This document shows, piece by piece, positions 22,398 through 34,772 of a stretch of 43,816 nt of DNA (positions are counted from its first letter, which is position 1; every line of letters starts with the position of its first letter). The notes beneath the pieces are model-generated. The model made no database searches, had not been told where the DNA came from, and worked only from the letters and a program-made list of their open reading frames with translations. The stretch is from NCBI GenBank assembly GCA_002269645.1, contig NIVC01004504.1, forward strand, positions 1 through 43,816, given 5' to 3'. The translations under genes and the position numbers were made by a program. Source of the DNA: Macrostomum lignano. Taxonomy: Eukaryota.

Positions 22398-22937
22398 ATA
22401 TAAATAGCTTGCCATGCCTTTCTTTAAAGACTTTCTTCTTTATTCTCGTAATTTTTTTTCTGGAAAATCTATCTATCAAAAAATTGCAGACCTCGATAAA
22501 AAGAAAAGCATCGAGATCTAGAAAAGAGGGGATAGAGACAGACGGCAGACAGGTAAAAGCTCTCACATCTGCAGAAGTCCAATAGGGTGTGGCTATGAGT
22601 ACCGCGGGGGGAATAGGAAGTCTCTGGATTCAGTCTGGTTTAGTCTTGGCTTCCGTTGCTTTGGGACTGGGGCGTTACCTTTCTATTGATTTCGTTTCTC
22701 TTCATATTTTTGGTGCAACGCTCACTGATGTCTGTGATTACATAGGAAATGCGCAGGTAATTCAAGAATTCATATTATTTACTTCGAGTTTTTAAAAGCC
22801 TTTAATATAATAATGTTAGATTCAGCTATTCGTATCTATAGAGAGGTTCAGAGAGATAAATTGGGGAAATTAGACGAAGATAGACATTGAAGAAGAGAGT
22901 GTGGAGAAAAGAGGGCTAGAAAGATAGAGGACGAGCA

Positions 22938-25009
22938 AGAGAGAGAGTGAGGAAGAGAGATTGAGGAAGAGAGAGGGTGAGGAAGATGAGAGGGTGAGGA
23001 AGAGAGAGGGTGAGGAAGAGAGAGGGTGAGGAAGAGAGAGGGTGAGGAAGAGAGAGGGTGAGGAAGAGAGAGGGTGAGGAAGAGAGAGGGTGAGGAAGAG
23101 AGAGGGTGAGGAAGAGAGAGGGTTAGGAAGAGAGAGGGCGAGGAAGAGAGAGGGTGAGGAAGAGAGAGGGTGAGGAATAGAGAGGGTTAGGAAGAGAGAG
23201 GGCGAGGAAGAGAGAGGGTGAGGAAGAGAGAGGGTGAGGAAGAGAGAGGGTTAGGAAGAGAGAGGGCGAGGAAGAGAGAGGGCGAGGAAGAGAGAGGGTG
23301 AGGAAGATAGAGGGTGAGGAAGAGAGAGAGTGAGGAAGAGAGATTGAGGAAGAGAGAGGGTGAGGAATAGAGAGGGTTAGGAAGAGAGAGGGCGAGGAAG
23401 AGAGAGGGCGAGGAAGAGAGAGGGTGAGGAATAGAGAGGGTTAGGAAGAGAGAGGGTGAGGAAGAGAGAGAGTGAGGAAGAGAGAGGGTGAGGAATAGAG
23501 AGGGTTAGGAAGAGAGAGGGTGAGGAAGAGAGAGAGTGAGGAAGAGAGAGGGTGAGGAATAGAGAGGGTGAGGAAGAGAGAGAGTGAGGAAGAGAGATTG
23601 AGGAAGAGAGAGGGTGAGGAATAGAGAGGGTGAGGAATAGAGAGGGTTAGGAAGAGAGAGGGTGAGGAAGAGAGAGAGTGAGGAAGAGAGAGGGTGAGGA
23701 AGAGAGAGGGTGAGGAAGAGAGAGGGTGAGGAAGAGAGAGGGTGAGGAAGAGAGAGGGTGAGGAAGAGAGAGGGTGAGGAAGAGAGAGAGTGAGGAAGAG
23801 AGAGGGTGAGGAAGAGAGAGGGTGAGGAAGAGAGAGGGTGAGGAAGAGAGAGGGTGAGGAATAGAGAGGGTGAGGAAGAGAGAGGGTGAGGAAGAGAGAG
23901 AGGGTGAGGAAGAGAGAGAGTGAGGAAGAGAGAGAGTGAGAAAGAGAGAGGGTGAGGAAGAGAGAGGGTGAGGAAGAGAGAGGGTGAGGAAGAGAGAGGG
24001 TGAGGAAGAGAGAGGGTGAGGAATAGAGAGGGTGAGGAAGAGAGAGGGTGAGGAAGAGAGAGAGGGTGAGGAAGAGAGAGAGTGAGGAATAGAGAGGGTG
24101 AGGAAGAGAGAGGGTGAGGAATAGAGAGGGTGAGGAAGAGAGAGGGTGAGGAATAGAGAGGGTTAGGAAGAGAGAGGGCGAGGAAGAGAGAGGGCGAGGA
24201 AGAGAGAGGGTGAGGAATAGAGAGGGTTAGGAAGAGAGAGGGTGAGGAAGAGAGAGAGTGAGGAAGAGAGAGGGTGAGGAATAGAGAGGGTGAGGAAGAG
24301 AGAGAGTGAGGAAGAGAGATTGAGGAAAAGAGAGGGCGAGGAAGGGAGAGGGTGAGGAATAGAGAGGGTTAGGAAGAGAGAGGGTGAGGAAGAGAGAGAG
24401 TGAGGAAGAGAGAGGGTGAGGAAGAGAGAGGGTGAGGAAGAGAGAGGGTGAGGAAGAGAGAGGGTGAGGAAGAGAGAGGGTGAGGAAGAGAGAGGGTGAG
24501 GAAGAGAGAGAGTGAGGAAGAGAGAGGGTGAGGAAGAGAGAGGGTGAGGAAGAGAGAGGGTGAGGAAGAGAGAGAGTGAGGAAGAGAGAGGGTGAGGAAG
24601 AGAGAGGGTGAGGAAGAGAGAGGGTGAGGAAGAGAGAGGGTGAGGAATAGAGAGGGTTAGGAAGAGAGAGGGTGAGGAAGAGAGAGAGGGTGAGGAAGAG
24701 AGAGAGTGAGGAAGAGAGAGAGTGAGGAAGAGAGAGGGTGAGGAAGAGAGAGGGTGAGGAAGAGAGAGGGTGAGGAAGAGAGAGGGTGAGGAAGAGAGAG
24801 GGTGAGGAAGAGAGAGGGTGAGGAATAGAGAGGGTGAGGAAGAGAGAGGGTGAGGAAGAGAGAGAGGGTGAGGAAGAGAGAGAGTGAGGAATAGAGAGGG
24901 TGAGGAAGAGAGAGGGTGAGGAAGAGAGAGGGTGAGGAAGAGAGAGGGTGAGGAAGAGAGAGGGTGAGGAAGAGAGAGGGTGAGGAAGAGAGAAGGTGAG
25001 GAAGAGAGA
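22938..25009 (+). repeat. Polypurine 16-bp minisatellite (GAGGGTGAGGAAGAGA)n, ~2.07 kb
   Basis: T positions at 22995, 23011 and 23027 give period 16; variants GGGTTAGG, GGGCGAGG, GGAATAGA and extra GA. Confidence 0.97.
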
Positions 25010-28000
25010 TTAAAAATGAAGTTTGATGATGCTGGGATTATCAGATATAATCAGATTTAGAAGAGAGGGAATACGAATAGGGCATAGAATTACTGACATA
25101 ATCAATACATACGGAGAGAAAAATAATTAACAGGAAGGGTGCAGAGAGAAGGATAATGGGTCTTAAATTTCCAATTCAAGCAAATTGCAGCACACAGTCT
25201 GCACAGACAGACAACAGCATAACGGATCAAAGTTAATGTTGCATGAGAATAAGCGGCTTCTGATATTCTTTACACTCCATTAGGATTGATGAGGGGTGGG
25301 TTGTAGAGGCGATATATGTGCGTCTCTACCTGTTCCGACTGTAGCTGCATTGGTTGAGAAGCCCGTATGCGCTCAAAGGCAGCTTCAAAGCAAAATTCTA
25401 TATTGAAGAACTGCCGTATTTCGATCGATGCAAGAGTCAATCGATGAGCCACTAGGAGCAGAGAGATATCCCACGTGCAGTTTCTATTTCTCGTCTCTGC
25501 TCGGGGAATCTGCAGAGAGCAGTCAGTATGTAGCAAATAGCTCACAAGGCTCCCCTGGGGGTGGATGATTAGGGTCTACGAATTACGATTGTTGCGGTCG
25601 AATGTGAGCTGAGGGACATTATAGCAGAGTCAGAAGATTGTTAAGGAGAGCAGAAAGAGCTTGCGAGCTAAGTAAGGTATAAAATCAAATTTATTGTATC
25701 AGATATCCACTGCTATAACTAGTGCTATAAGCTAGCCATCCGGGCCCTCTCCGGGGATTTAAGTAATATAAAAAATTAATAAATATATGATACACATAAA
25801 ACAGATCAGTAAAAGATATTTTTTTACTACTTTAAATTGGGTTTTATTGTAGCATTGCAGAGAGATAACTTCTGTCAAAATATCCGTTTTGGAAGTATAT
25901 AGATTTGGAGTAGACTAGCTTTTTACACTTTCGCCTAATAAACTTGTGACTCAAGTCTCGAACATAATTTGCAAGCTTAGCCTTCTTCTACTTTAGTTGT
26001 CAATGCAACTCAAACCAACGAAAATCCCGCCGTTGGCTTGTGTTGTAAATCAACAACCTCCTAGCTGATTATTTATCCTACAGTTTATAATCCGTCCCAT
26101 CCACCCACTCACCGAGTGTGATCGTGCGTCTCTCTTTAAGGCCCAAGCATACGGCTGTTTCTGTGCTCTCTTCTCCTCCGCCCCTCTCTCTCTCTCACTC
26201 AGCTTCAATTAAGCGATCGGCAGCCCGTGAATTGTGCGCGCGATTGTGTGAAGAGTGCACAGATTGCCTGCCTTAGCCTCAAGCTTCTTGCCCGGGCCGA
26301 TCGGCCTGAAGCACCTATAATACGGCAGTCACGCTAGCTAGGGTACTGAATCTCCCTGCAAGGTTGCTTCGTGTCTCTTCCGATTGCTTCCAAGTCTTCT
26401 TTCATATAGCCAAGCTCTCTATACTGGCGCACGTAAGCACCAGCTGCTCTGCACCTCTCCAGGCTCTCCCTCGTCAGCCGTCCCCTCCTCTTTTTCTCTC
26501 TTTGCCTTCCCGTTGTTATTCATACAGTTATAGTTTGCTTTTTCTGCACGCGGATGATTGCTCAATTGAGAGTTGGCGTTCAGCCGAAAGGCATATATTC
26601 CGTTCTATTTCTCAAATATCCGCTTAGATACTACACAATCCGGTGCTTTGCGTTCTGTATCCATTTTTTCTCATAATATGATTCACTTGTTCTGCCTAAA
26701 GCCGTGGATGTTTAGATGTTTCTTAACCAGATCAAATCACGTGATCTGACGTTGTTTTGTCCTTTTCCTTCCTACGTTTGTTTCATCAGCCTTTTTGAAA
26801 ATTGCTTTTTGCCCGGCTGTCAGTGCCAGGAGTTTTGAAATGGATTTGGGATGGTCATTGACGGAGAGTGGATCTACGAGTAGAAGACTAATCTTTAACA
26901 GATACAAGCCGTGCAACACTCCCGACGTCTACCGACGTACCCGACTAGCTCAACATCAGTGATGGAAAATTAATGTCTTTAAATTAGACCGGCGGATAAC
27001 GTCATACGTTTAGTTTAACGTTGGTGTAATTTAAAATTACCCATTTACCCATAGACGTCGGCCAACCACTGTACTGACAAGTTGTAATGAAGTGATGGCA
27101 TACAAGGCCCAGAAACGAGTTGATTGATTAACTGATTACTTCAAATAGTACACAAACCAGATAGAATCTGACTCAATTTTCATAAACCTGCCACAGGCGT
27201 AAACAGAATGATTTTTTGGAAATTTATTCATTTCGGAAATCATAATAAAATGGTAATTTCTTGTTAGATCTACCGGCTGTAATCTATTGATCTGACACTA
27301 AATCAATTAAAGAAATTGCCTATTGTTTTAAATATTAAAATATACTGCATTATTCGCAGATGCAAGATCCCCAGTTTGTTATAAAAAAAACCATAACAAA
27401 CTAAGAAAACTAGCTTTGAAATTTTTTATGAGAGCAAGCACAAACCCGGGACCGCTTACCGATGAGTAGAAAGGTAACCCTTCTGCAAGAAGACATGCTT
27501 CTATCAAGTTTAAGGCAAAGAGTTCGTGCAGTGGCAATGGCTGAGGTAGCTCAAAGGCGGTGGAGTGTTGCTGGCCATGGGCTAAATATGTGCAAAACTT
27601 GTGGGCTCACAGAGAACATCAATTCGAGCATGAGCTCCTTCACCTCTCACCTCAGTGCATTCGAATCATACTCGTATTTGCACAGCAGCTCTCTGCTCTG
27701 CTCAGGTCTTTTTTAATTTTCCTCTACCCCAAACATTTTTACTCTTCCATACGAAGCACATTTGCTCAAAGTAGTACTTGTGTAGCCGTACAATACAACT
27801 TTGTACGAGTGAACGCTTGCACGCGTTTGAACTTACCGCAGCCCATTCTAGTTAGAAAGGTTGCAATAGCATTTTTCAGACAGCCATCTGGCAGCGCGTT
27901 CATTAATAAAGCTCGATGCACACTTGTCTGACTGCAACAGAGAGACAAAACTCGACCAGATCGAGTGTTGAGAGTGTCGTAACCAATCGGTTTTTTGAAA

Positions 28001-29928
28001 AAGCGAGAATTCCACTGCAGCCGTAGTATATCGGTTCCCGGTTCGAGGCGTTCATAGAAATACACAGACCTCCTTTAAATCTACCATTGGGCGAGGGAGG
28101 CTGCGGTTGGCTGACAGAGCTGTGGGGATCAGCTTTGCCATAGGACAGGCCATGGGTACTGGCAAATCCAGCTGCATAGGCCAACAGGCTATCAGTAATA
28201 CAACGCCGAGAAGTTTTACGTTCGTTCGCACTTATAGTTAAGCACAAAAGGTGTGTCTAGGACATTGTTTTTCATACTATATTGTACTTGAACCAAATGT
28301 AATAATAGGATATAGGACAAATTTTATGTATGATCGTAAATCCATGATAAACAGGAATAAGGATTTATTACTACGATTACAAAATACGAGTATATGAAAT
28401 TAGATTATTTCGAGTTAGCTTGAAATCGTTTTATATAAAGTGATATCGTTAAAGCCATCGCGATTCAACGGAAGTTATAATTTATTATGGACCTCAGAAG
28501 CAGTCAAATAGTAATTTCCTATTTGAAAGAAAGCATAAATTTATCAACAGTCGCTTCATACTGGATGCGAGTATATAGTTAATGAATTTGGAAGCACTTT
28601 TGGTTTGAGAAGGAGAATAGCGTCTAGAAATGCAATACAGTGGCTTCGTGTGTTGCTCATTACTTTACTTGGGGTAAAGGAAGAAAGAAGCAAGGGTTAT
28701 TGAAACCTGAGCCCCCTATGAAGTGGCAAGTTTGCAGGCTTTCATAGCAATTCTTTAGCAGTCTGTGTTTCATCGCACCCAACAACTAAGCTTTGATTTT
28801 GTCCCCTGTTGCTTTGTCGTTGATTTCTTATAACCCTCTATTAGATGCATTGACCAAGAGAACTGCAATGGTTTAATTATAGCATTGAATTTAATTAAGA
28901 TGTTTCTGAACTGAATTCATATAATCATTAGGTTTATTAACGTTATGCTTAATACTGTCTAACAATTGGGTTTAAAATGGACTGTCAATCATTCGTAGTA
29001 GCACTGTCAATCACTGACCGCACGACCTAGTTAGGAACATGTAAACGCAACAGTGACTCACCTTAATTATGCAAGCCTTGCGTCAGAATATCGATAATAA
29101 TGAAGAAGTTCGTGACATCTTTGCGATACCGTGAAAGATATCTGAAATGAATCAAGCGATATGCGCATTCAATGTAGAAAACAGATAAGAAGACATAATT
29201 GCTTTCCTTCCTCCAATAACCTACTTGCAGTCAGACGGCCTTTGATATGCTAATAAGCCAAAAAGTACAACCTAATATGCCAAGAAGCTAGATAAAAACA
29301 ACGGTGAAAACGTAAAAACTAACAAATCATGGCATCCATGGAATTCATTTTCATCCATGGGATTTTTCCCAATTAGTTTGTTTATGGTGAAACCTACGAA
29401 AAATGTACATTCCTTACCTTCCTTATACTTCAGTTGTTTGTGTGCGTGTGTGACGTCTCTTGAAGTTTTACGAAACACAAACTGAACATCACGGATATCT
29501 TTGAGACCTATAACAAGATGCATGCATTAAGGTTTCCTTGAAAAAAGGAGTCAAAAGGACATCAAGCTCTTTTAAGCATCTTAAAGCCCCGCAGCCGCTA
29601 TATTTAAACAAAAAATAATCTACAAGTTGTACATAAGTTGCAGAATAATCTACCGCAAAAATACGCGACACTACAAACGGCATGCTATTCTGTACGTTTA
29701 CTTGAAAATAAGCCTTTCATTTCTCATTAACTTTAGTTCTTAAATTCGATAAAGCAGTATAAATATTAAAAGGGAAAGTTCACACCTCTTGTTGAAGGTA
29801 TCACTTCCAGTAACCAAAAAACACAAAAACTTTGACACTTCTAACTGACTTCGAAAGACAAGTAGGCCGTAACTAATAACACCTAGGCTAGATACGCTCG
29901 TGACGTACATGCAATAACTTTGACATTT

Positions 29929-31053
29929 TCAAGACAACGGAAATCCCTGCACGTCAACCAGCTCCTGGGCGAATTCCAGCTGTTGCAGCAGAGCTTCCAC
30001 ATCCTGACACGCAGACAGAGAAGCAGCCGCCTTCTCTAGCAGCGCCATCCAGTACAGCTGGTACTCATTCTCCTTGGAAGAGCACTTGTGCAGTAGGTCG
30101 GCCGACAGGGCGCCGGGTCTCAGTCCGACCGCCGCCATCGCCTGCTTGGACCGTTTGCCCGACGAGTACAGCCGCTTGCTGAGGTCGATTCGTCGAACCG
30201 AGTCAGTCAGCCGACGCAGGTGACGAATAACGGCGAGTTTTTGCATGGCCAGGGCCGGCTCCTCAGTCTGCTGCAGGTCGCGCATTCGTTGGCTGAGACT
30301 TTTGAAACAATTGACCATCACGAACTGCTTGCTGACCTCCCACTGCTTGGCCAAGCCTTTGCCAGCAGCTGTTTCGGCTTTGGCGGCGGTGAAGGCGCCG
30401 GCTCCGCCGGTCAGAATGGCTTCGGCAGTATCCTCCTGGGACTGGGACGCCGACTTGCTGCTGCCCTGCAAACCCTGCTGAATGGCTGCATCAATGTGAG
30501 GCTGCTGGTGCTGGCTGTGGCCCTTCCGGCGCCGAGACCTGCAGGCCAGGGCAGCGGTGGATGTCGCCGGCTGCTGGTGATGCGCGCTCTTGGCACAGAA
30601 CATCAGCATCTGGTCGATGAGTGACGAGTGCGGAGCCAGAGAAGTTGAATTGGCGTCGCCTAAACCAGTCTGAGCGTCTTCTTCGTCAGACACCGAGAAG
30701 GTATTCGTGTTGACGTCCTCGTTGGTGTCCTTAATGATATTACCGTCGGCCGATTGCAGGGGGTTCTTTTCGGCGGTGTGTTCAATGACGTCTCCGCCGG
30801 CCACTGCGCCGCCCTGATGGCGTCGTCGATGAGACGAGGAGCCGTGCCGCTGGGCCCGGCAGGCGTCGCGCTGATGATGCTGATGGTGGTGATGATGATG
30901 ATGCTTCGAGTGATGCACCGACGATCTTCTCGTAGCGTTGTCGCCAATGGAGTTGGAGCAGGATTGCTCGGGCTGCTGCTGATGGTGCTTTTGATGCCGA
31001 TGCTGGCGCGAGCGACCAGGCTGCACCTGCTGCGAATCAATTGATCTGATCAT
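29929..31053 (-). CDS. Intronless His/Gln-rich protein with a predicted helical C-terminal region, function unknown
   Basis: ATG at 31053, 374 aa, TGA at 29931-29929; GC-rich island with sharp AT-rich flanks. Contains HHSKHHHHHHQHHQ and Q tracts; the C-terminal ~140 aa are ordinary complexity (WEVSKQFVMVNCFKSL...LLQQLEFAQELVDV). Confidence 0.78.
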   Translation of the reverse strand: MIRSIDSQQVQPGRSRQHRHQKHHQQQPEQSCSNSIGDNATRRSSVHHSKHHHHHHHQHHQRDACRAQRHGSSSHRRRHQGGAVAGGDVIEHTAEKNPLQSADGNIIKDTNEDVNTNTFSVSDEEDAQTGLGDANSTSLAPHSSLIDQMLMFCAKSAHHQQPATSTAALACRSRRRKGHSQHQQPHIDAAIQQGLQGSSKSASQSQEDTAEAILTGGAGAFTAAKAETAAGKGLAKQWEVSKQFVMVNCFKSLSQRMRDLQQTEEPALAMQKLAVIRHLRRLTDSVRRIDLSKRLYSSGKRSKQAMAAVGLRPGALSADLLHKCSSKENEYQLYWMALLEKAAASLSACQDVEALLQQLEFAQELVDVQGFPLS

Positions 31054-31559
31054 TTTCAAAGTCTTCAGTTTTTACTGATTTGAAAAGCGCTGCAGCGGAG
31101 CAGGCAATTTATATAAGAGATCGTTTTATTTAGTGCACATTCATGCTAGCTTGAAATACGATTTTTTGCCATAGAGTGCTGCATCGACATGTAAATTTAA
31201 TAAATGAAATTACGCCCTTGACCTGCTGCAAGGGAGCACTAATTCTTGTACGAGCTAAGTTGATGTTTGTCTTTGTTATGCTGTTAGGTACATGTACGTA
31301 CATCAACATGCATGTACTGGTAAAATAGGCCCACAGCTGATTGCATAAGTTGCTACTGACGCTTCGTTGAGTGTTGACGGACTGCTTGATTAGCACATAC
31401 ATCATGATATATGTACGTGTTTTTTAAGACCCTCGTGACTCGTACTTTATAATTGCATATTTGCATTGAATTTTTGTTTCATTACCTGATACATGCACAT
31501 TGCACATTATATATACATGTAAATAAACTGCAGTCACTGCCTGCCTTCTTTGGGAGGCA

Positions 31560-32580
31560 GTCCTAAAGAAGGGGGCCTCTACCAGCGACCATCCGTGCCG
31601 TTATCGCGGCCTGCAAGACCTGCCAATGCGCCAGTGTTGATCGTCTTCGTGGACTTCCGTAACGCGTTTGAATCGGTGCCCAGGCTTGCAGTCGCGTGGT
31701 TGCTGTCCTACTACGGCGTTCCCCCTGCACTGCAGTGATGGACCTGTACACTGACTCCAGACGAGCGATGGCCCCACCGAGGAGTTCGGCACAACCTCCG
31801 GCGTCCTGCGCGGGGCGACACGCTGGCTCCCCGGCCTGCTTTTCAGTCGTGGACTATGTGCAGCGCCGCTCTCTTTAAGAAGACGACTGCAGCTACCTGC
31901 TGGTCCCACAACAAAGCTCCCGCGACATCCTGCTGTTCCGCTGCCTGCTCTAGTATATGACGATGACATTGCGCTCCTCTGTCGCGATCCAGCTGCATGC
32001 TCACCAACGCGCTCTTTCAAGGCTCTGTGAGGAGGGCGCACGGGTGGGGCTGGTGGTCAACGAGCGCAAGGCAGAGCTGTGGTGCACACGTGAGCACTGA
32101 CACCGCCCGGCACTTTAGCTGCCCAACGGAGACGCCATGCCATGTCCGAGGACTTCCGGTACCTCGGGTCGCTAGCAACGAGTCCGGAATCGATCGTCTC
32201 CGACAGAAGGAATCAGGCGTGGCGCGGGGTGCACCTGCTCAGGAACGTCCTGCGAGGGACGGCCTGAAGGTACGCCTCTTCCGCGCGGCCGTCGAGCCGA
32301 TCCTCTTGTACGGCATGGAAGCGGGGGTCCCTGCTGCGCTACGCCCTGGGCGCGTGCACTATCCCGAGAAGTTGCCGCGTCCAGAGACCTGATGGCCCGC
32401 GCGCCGGCGTTCCAGACCTGAGCGTTATCCTGCCCCGGCGCCGCCAGATGCTGCTGGGCCACTGCCTAGACGGAGTCACGGCCGCGGCGACCAAGTCCCG
32501 TTGGCGCTGGTCCTCCTGCCCAGCCGACGGAGCGGAAGCGCCATGCATGGCCAAGGGCAGGCGCTGCTGGGTCTGCTCAA
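31560..32580 (+). mobile_element. Degenerate non-LTR retrotransposon (RTE-like) reverse transcriptase fragment
   Basis: Frameshifted RT motifs in canonical order: STSDH, VFVDFRNAFESVPR, LLSYYGVP, FGTTSGVL..GDTLAP, YDDDIALL (31956-31976, YADD position), GLVVNERKAE, DFRYLGS, KVRLFRAAVEPILLYGMEA (RTE-type C-terminal motif). No endonuclease; multiple indels. Confidence 0.85.
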
Positions 32581-33281
32581 AATCCACTCAACCCTGTAAG
32601 ATATCGAAAATGACCTGCAAATAATCGAAATTTCTAAAAATAAGCCAAATATAGTACAAATATTTTATCCCGTAGGTACTTAAAACATGAAATCTTCACA
32701 GAAAAATTTTCATTGTAGAAGTCAGCAGTTATCCTCGCGCGCGGGAAATGAATTGCTTCTTTTCGTAAGCATTTATATAGTAGCTATAAATAGTTCCGCC
32801 CCCCCCCAAGTCTCGATTCAGTGCATCAGTCGTTAAAGAAGTGTTTTTATAACTAGTGATTGTTTTTAAAAAGAAATTCATTACATATTTGCAATTAAAA
32901 TGATTAAAATCCGGAGGCGCCATTCTAATTAATTAATTACAGAGCACCAGGCGCTAATGCAGCCCCTTAAGAGTTGATGAATTCAGTTGGTCTACAGTAG
33001 ATTTCTTGCAAACAAACCTTTGAAAGCTGCTTCTACGGTAGGTTAAGCTAAATTTATAATCCATACAAGGACGCTGCACAGGTAAATTGTGCCAACCTTC
33101 TAATTTAGCTATCCATGACCGTGGCGTATCATGATAAAACTTATTAAATCGAAAACAAAATCTTATTCAACTATATTTATCACATTTAACATGGTTTCTT
33201 TCATTATTTATAGAAACTATGGAAACATATCGCAGTATATTTGGCACATGAAGTGCTTTAGTTAAAATTTCCCTTAAAATC

Positions 33282-33386
33282 TTGAAGTTAAAGTTTGAAG
33301 AAAATCGGTTCAGCCGTTTTTGCTAAAATCGATCACATACCTAGATAGATACCTACCTACCGACAGACCATTTTTAGTATATAGGA
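33282..33386 (-). mobile_element. Possible 5' fragment of a non-autonomous Helitron-like element, flanked by a 14-bp direct repeat
   Basis: Minus strand reads A|TCCTATATACTAAAAATGGTCTGTC...AAAACGGCTGAACCGATTTTCTTCAAACTT. This resembles, from recollection only, the 5' end of microsatellite-bearing invertebrate Helitrons. TTTCCCTTAAAATC occurs at 33268-33281 and 33387-33400. Confidence 0.35.
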
Positions 33387-34772
33387 TTTCCCTTAAAATC
33401 AATTAATACGAGTAAAATGTACTTAACGGTGAATAAAATACACAGTTTATCAACAAAACCCACCGTATTAGGTGTTAACTATTAAACAAAGGGTTACAGC
33501 GCGTGTACGTTTTTAGTTCGACAGAGCAAAATATAGTAACATTTTTCATATCGTATTTTAAGAATCTTTGTTAGCAGTAGTGAGTAGCGAAAAGCAAAGC
33601 ATCTTTTTAAGCAAAGAGGCAAATTTTTAAATTAGAAAAAATTGTTTGATTATGTTTATTACATAGTTGGGTGCTTCTATAATTACTCTAAGGGCCCTAA
33701 AGTCGTATTCGAGGCGTGCTAGAAGAGTCTAAGAAAGAAAGACCATCTGTAAGAGTTTAAGTTAGAGCTGTAATATTTAGCAATTATAAAAACTCTATTT
33801 AGTCTACTTTAGTCAGTAGAAAGTTAAGCGCTAACACAACGACTTTTGGACGACTTTTTTTGTGATTCTTACCAGTGAGCTGCTCAATTTCATACTCAAC
33901 TGACAATGTTAATGTTATCTCTAAACTGTACTAGCCATCTACAATAAAAAATTGCTAATTTTTTGGAGGAGGGTGGATATATTCAGTCTTCTCATTGGTT
34001 CAAAAACTACTCATTAAAAATCTAAGTTTAAAATTCGGTCTTAATATTTTGCATTCACTCTACTGTTTTTGTATTCAAATTCTTAGTCATATTATGTATT
34101 TTTCAGATCCTTTTGTACACCATTTATTGTGAATGTGTTTTTCAATTTAATTTGACCTAATTCTAACTCATTAATTTCAATTGGTAATGGTAGTCACTTA
34201 TTGAAAAAATGTTCCATTTTTTGGGGCGAGTGTCGCGACTTTCCTAGTCATTTCTTTAGTTCACCTTCACTTGTCTCTGTTTACTCTGTTTTCGCTCTCT
34301 CTGTCTGCTCAATCTTGTTATTCTTATCTCTCTCTCCCTTGCTGCCTTCTGATTGGCTCCCCATTCTCGCCTTTATCTTCAGTCGCGCACTTCACCCCTC
34401 TCCTTATTATCTGGAGTCAACCCCCCTCTAAATTAGTCATATAAATACACTTGTTTGGGCCCTGCGCCCACTTACTGGCTGGCTTATCTTAGATTCAATT
34501 TAACTCTAATTTAGTGCTAGCTTTTTTAGTCTTAGTCATTTTCTCTACAGCAATGTCTCTTTAGCGGGCACCTAGGAACCTAGGAGTTGGGCAACCCCAT
34601 TCTCCCACGGAACTGCTGATAGTTGCAGGTTTATTAGCAAAACTGATTTCACTTACGGTGAGAGCACAAAAACCGGGAAGGTGTTTTATAAAAAATCTAA
34701 ATTCCAAACAGAAACTACACGATGTAATTAAAAAAACACTAACAGCTGGTGTCAAATCAATCAATCAATCAA

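Noticed and set aside
25200-25620. Possible decayed APE endonuclease (GSLVSYL...IYRLYNPP)
   Set aside because: Only vague motif echoes with no GDFN; needs a profile search.
26100-26650. Promoter-like CT-rich region with a plus-strand CAC|GTAAGC donor near 26432
   Set aside because: No downstream plus-strand coding exon could be linked, so it cannot be supported without transcript data.
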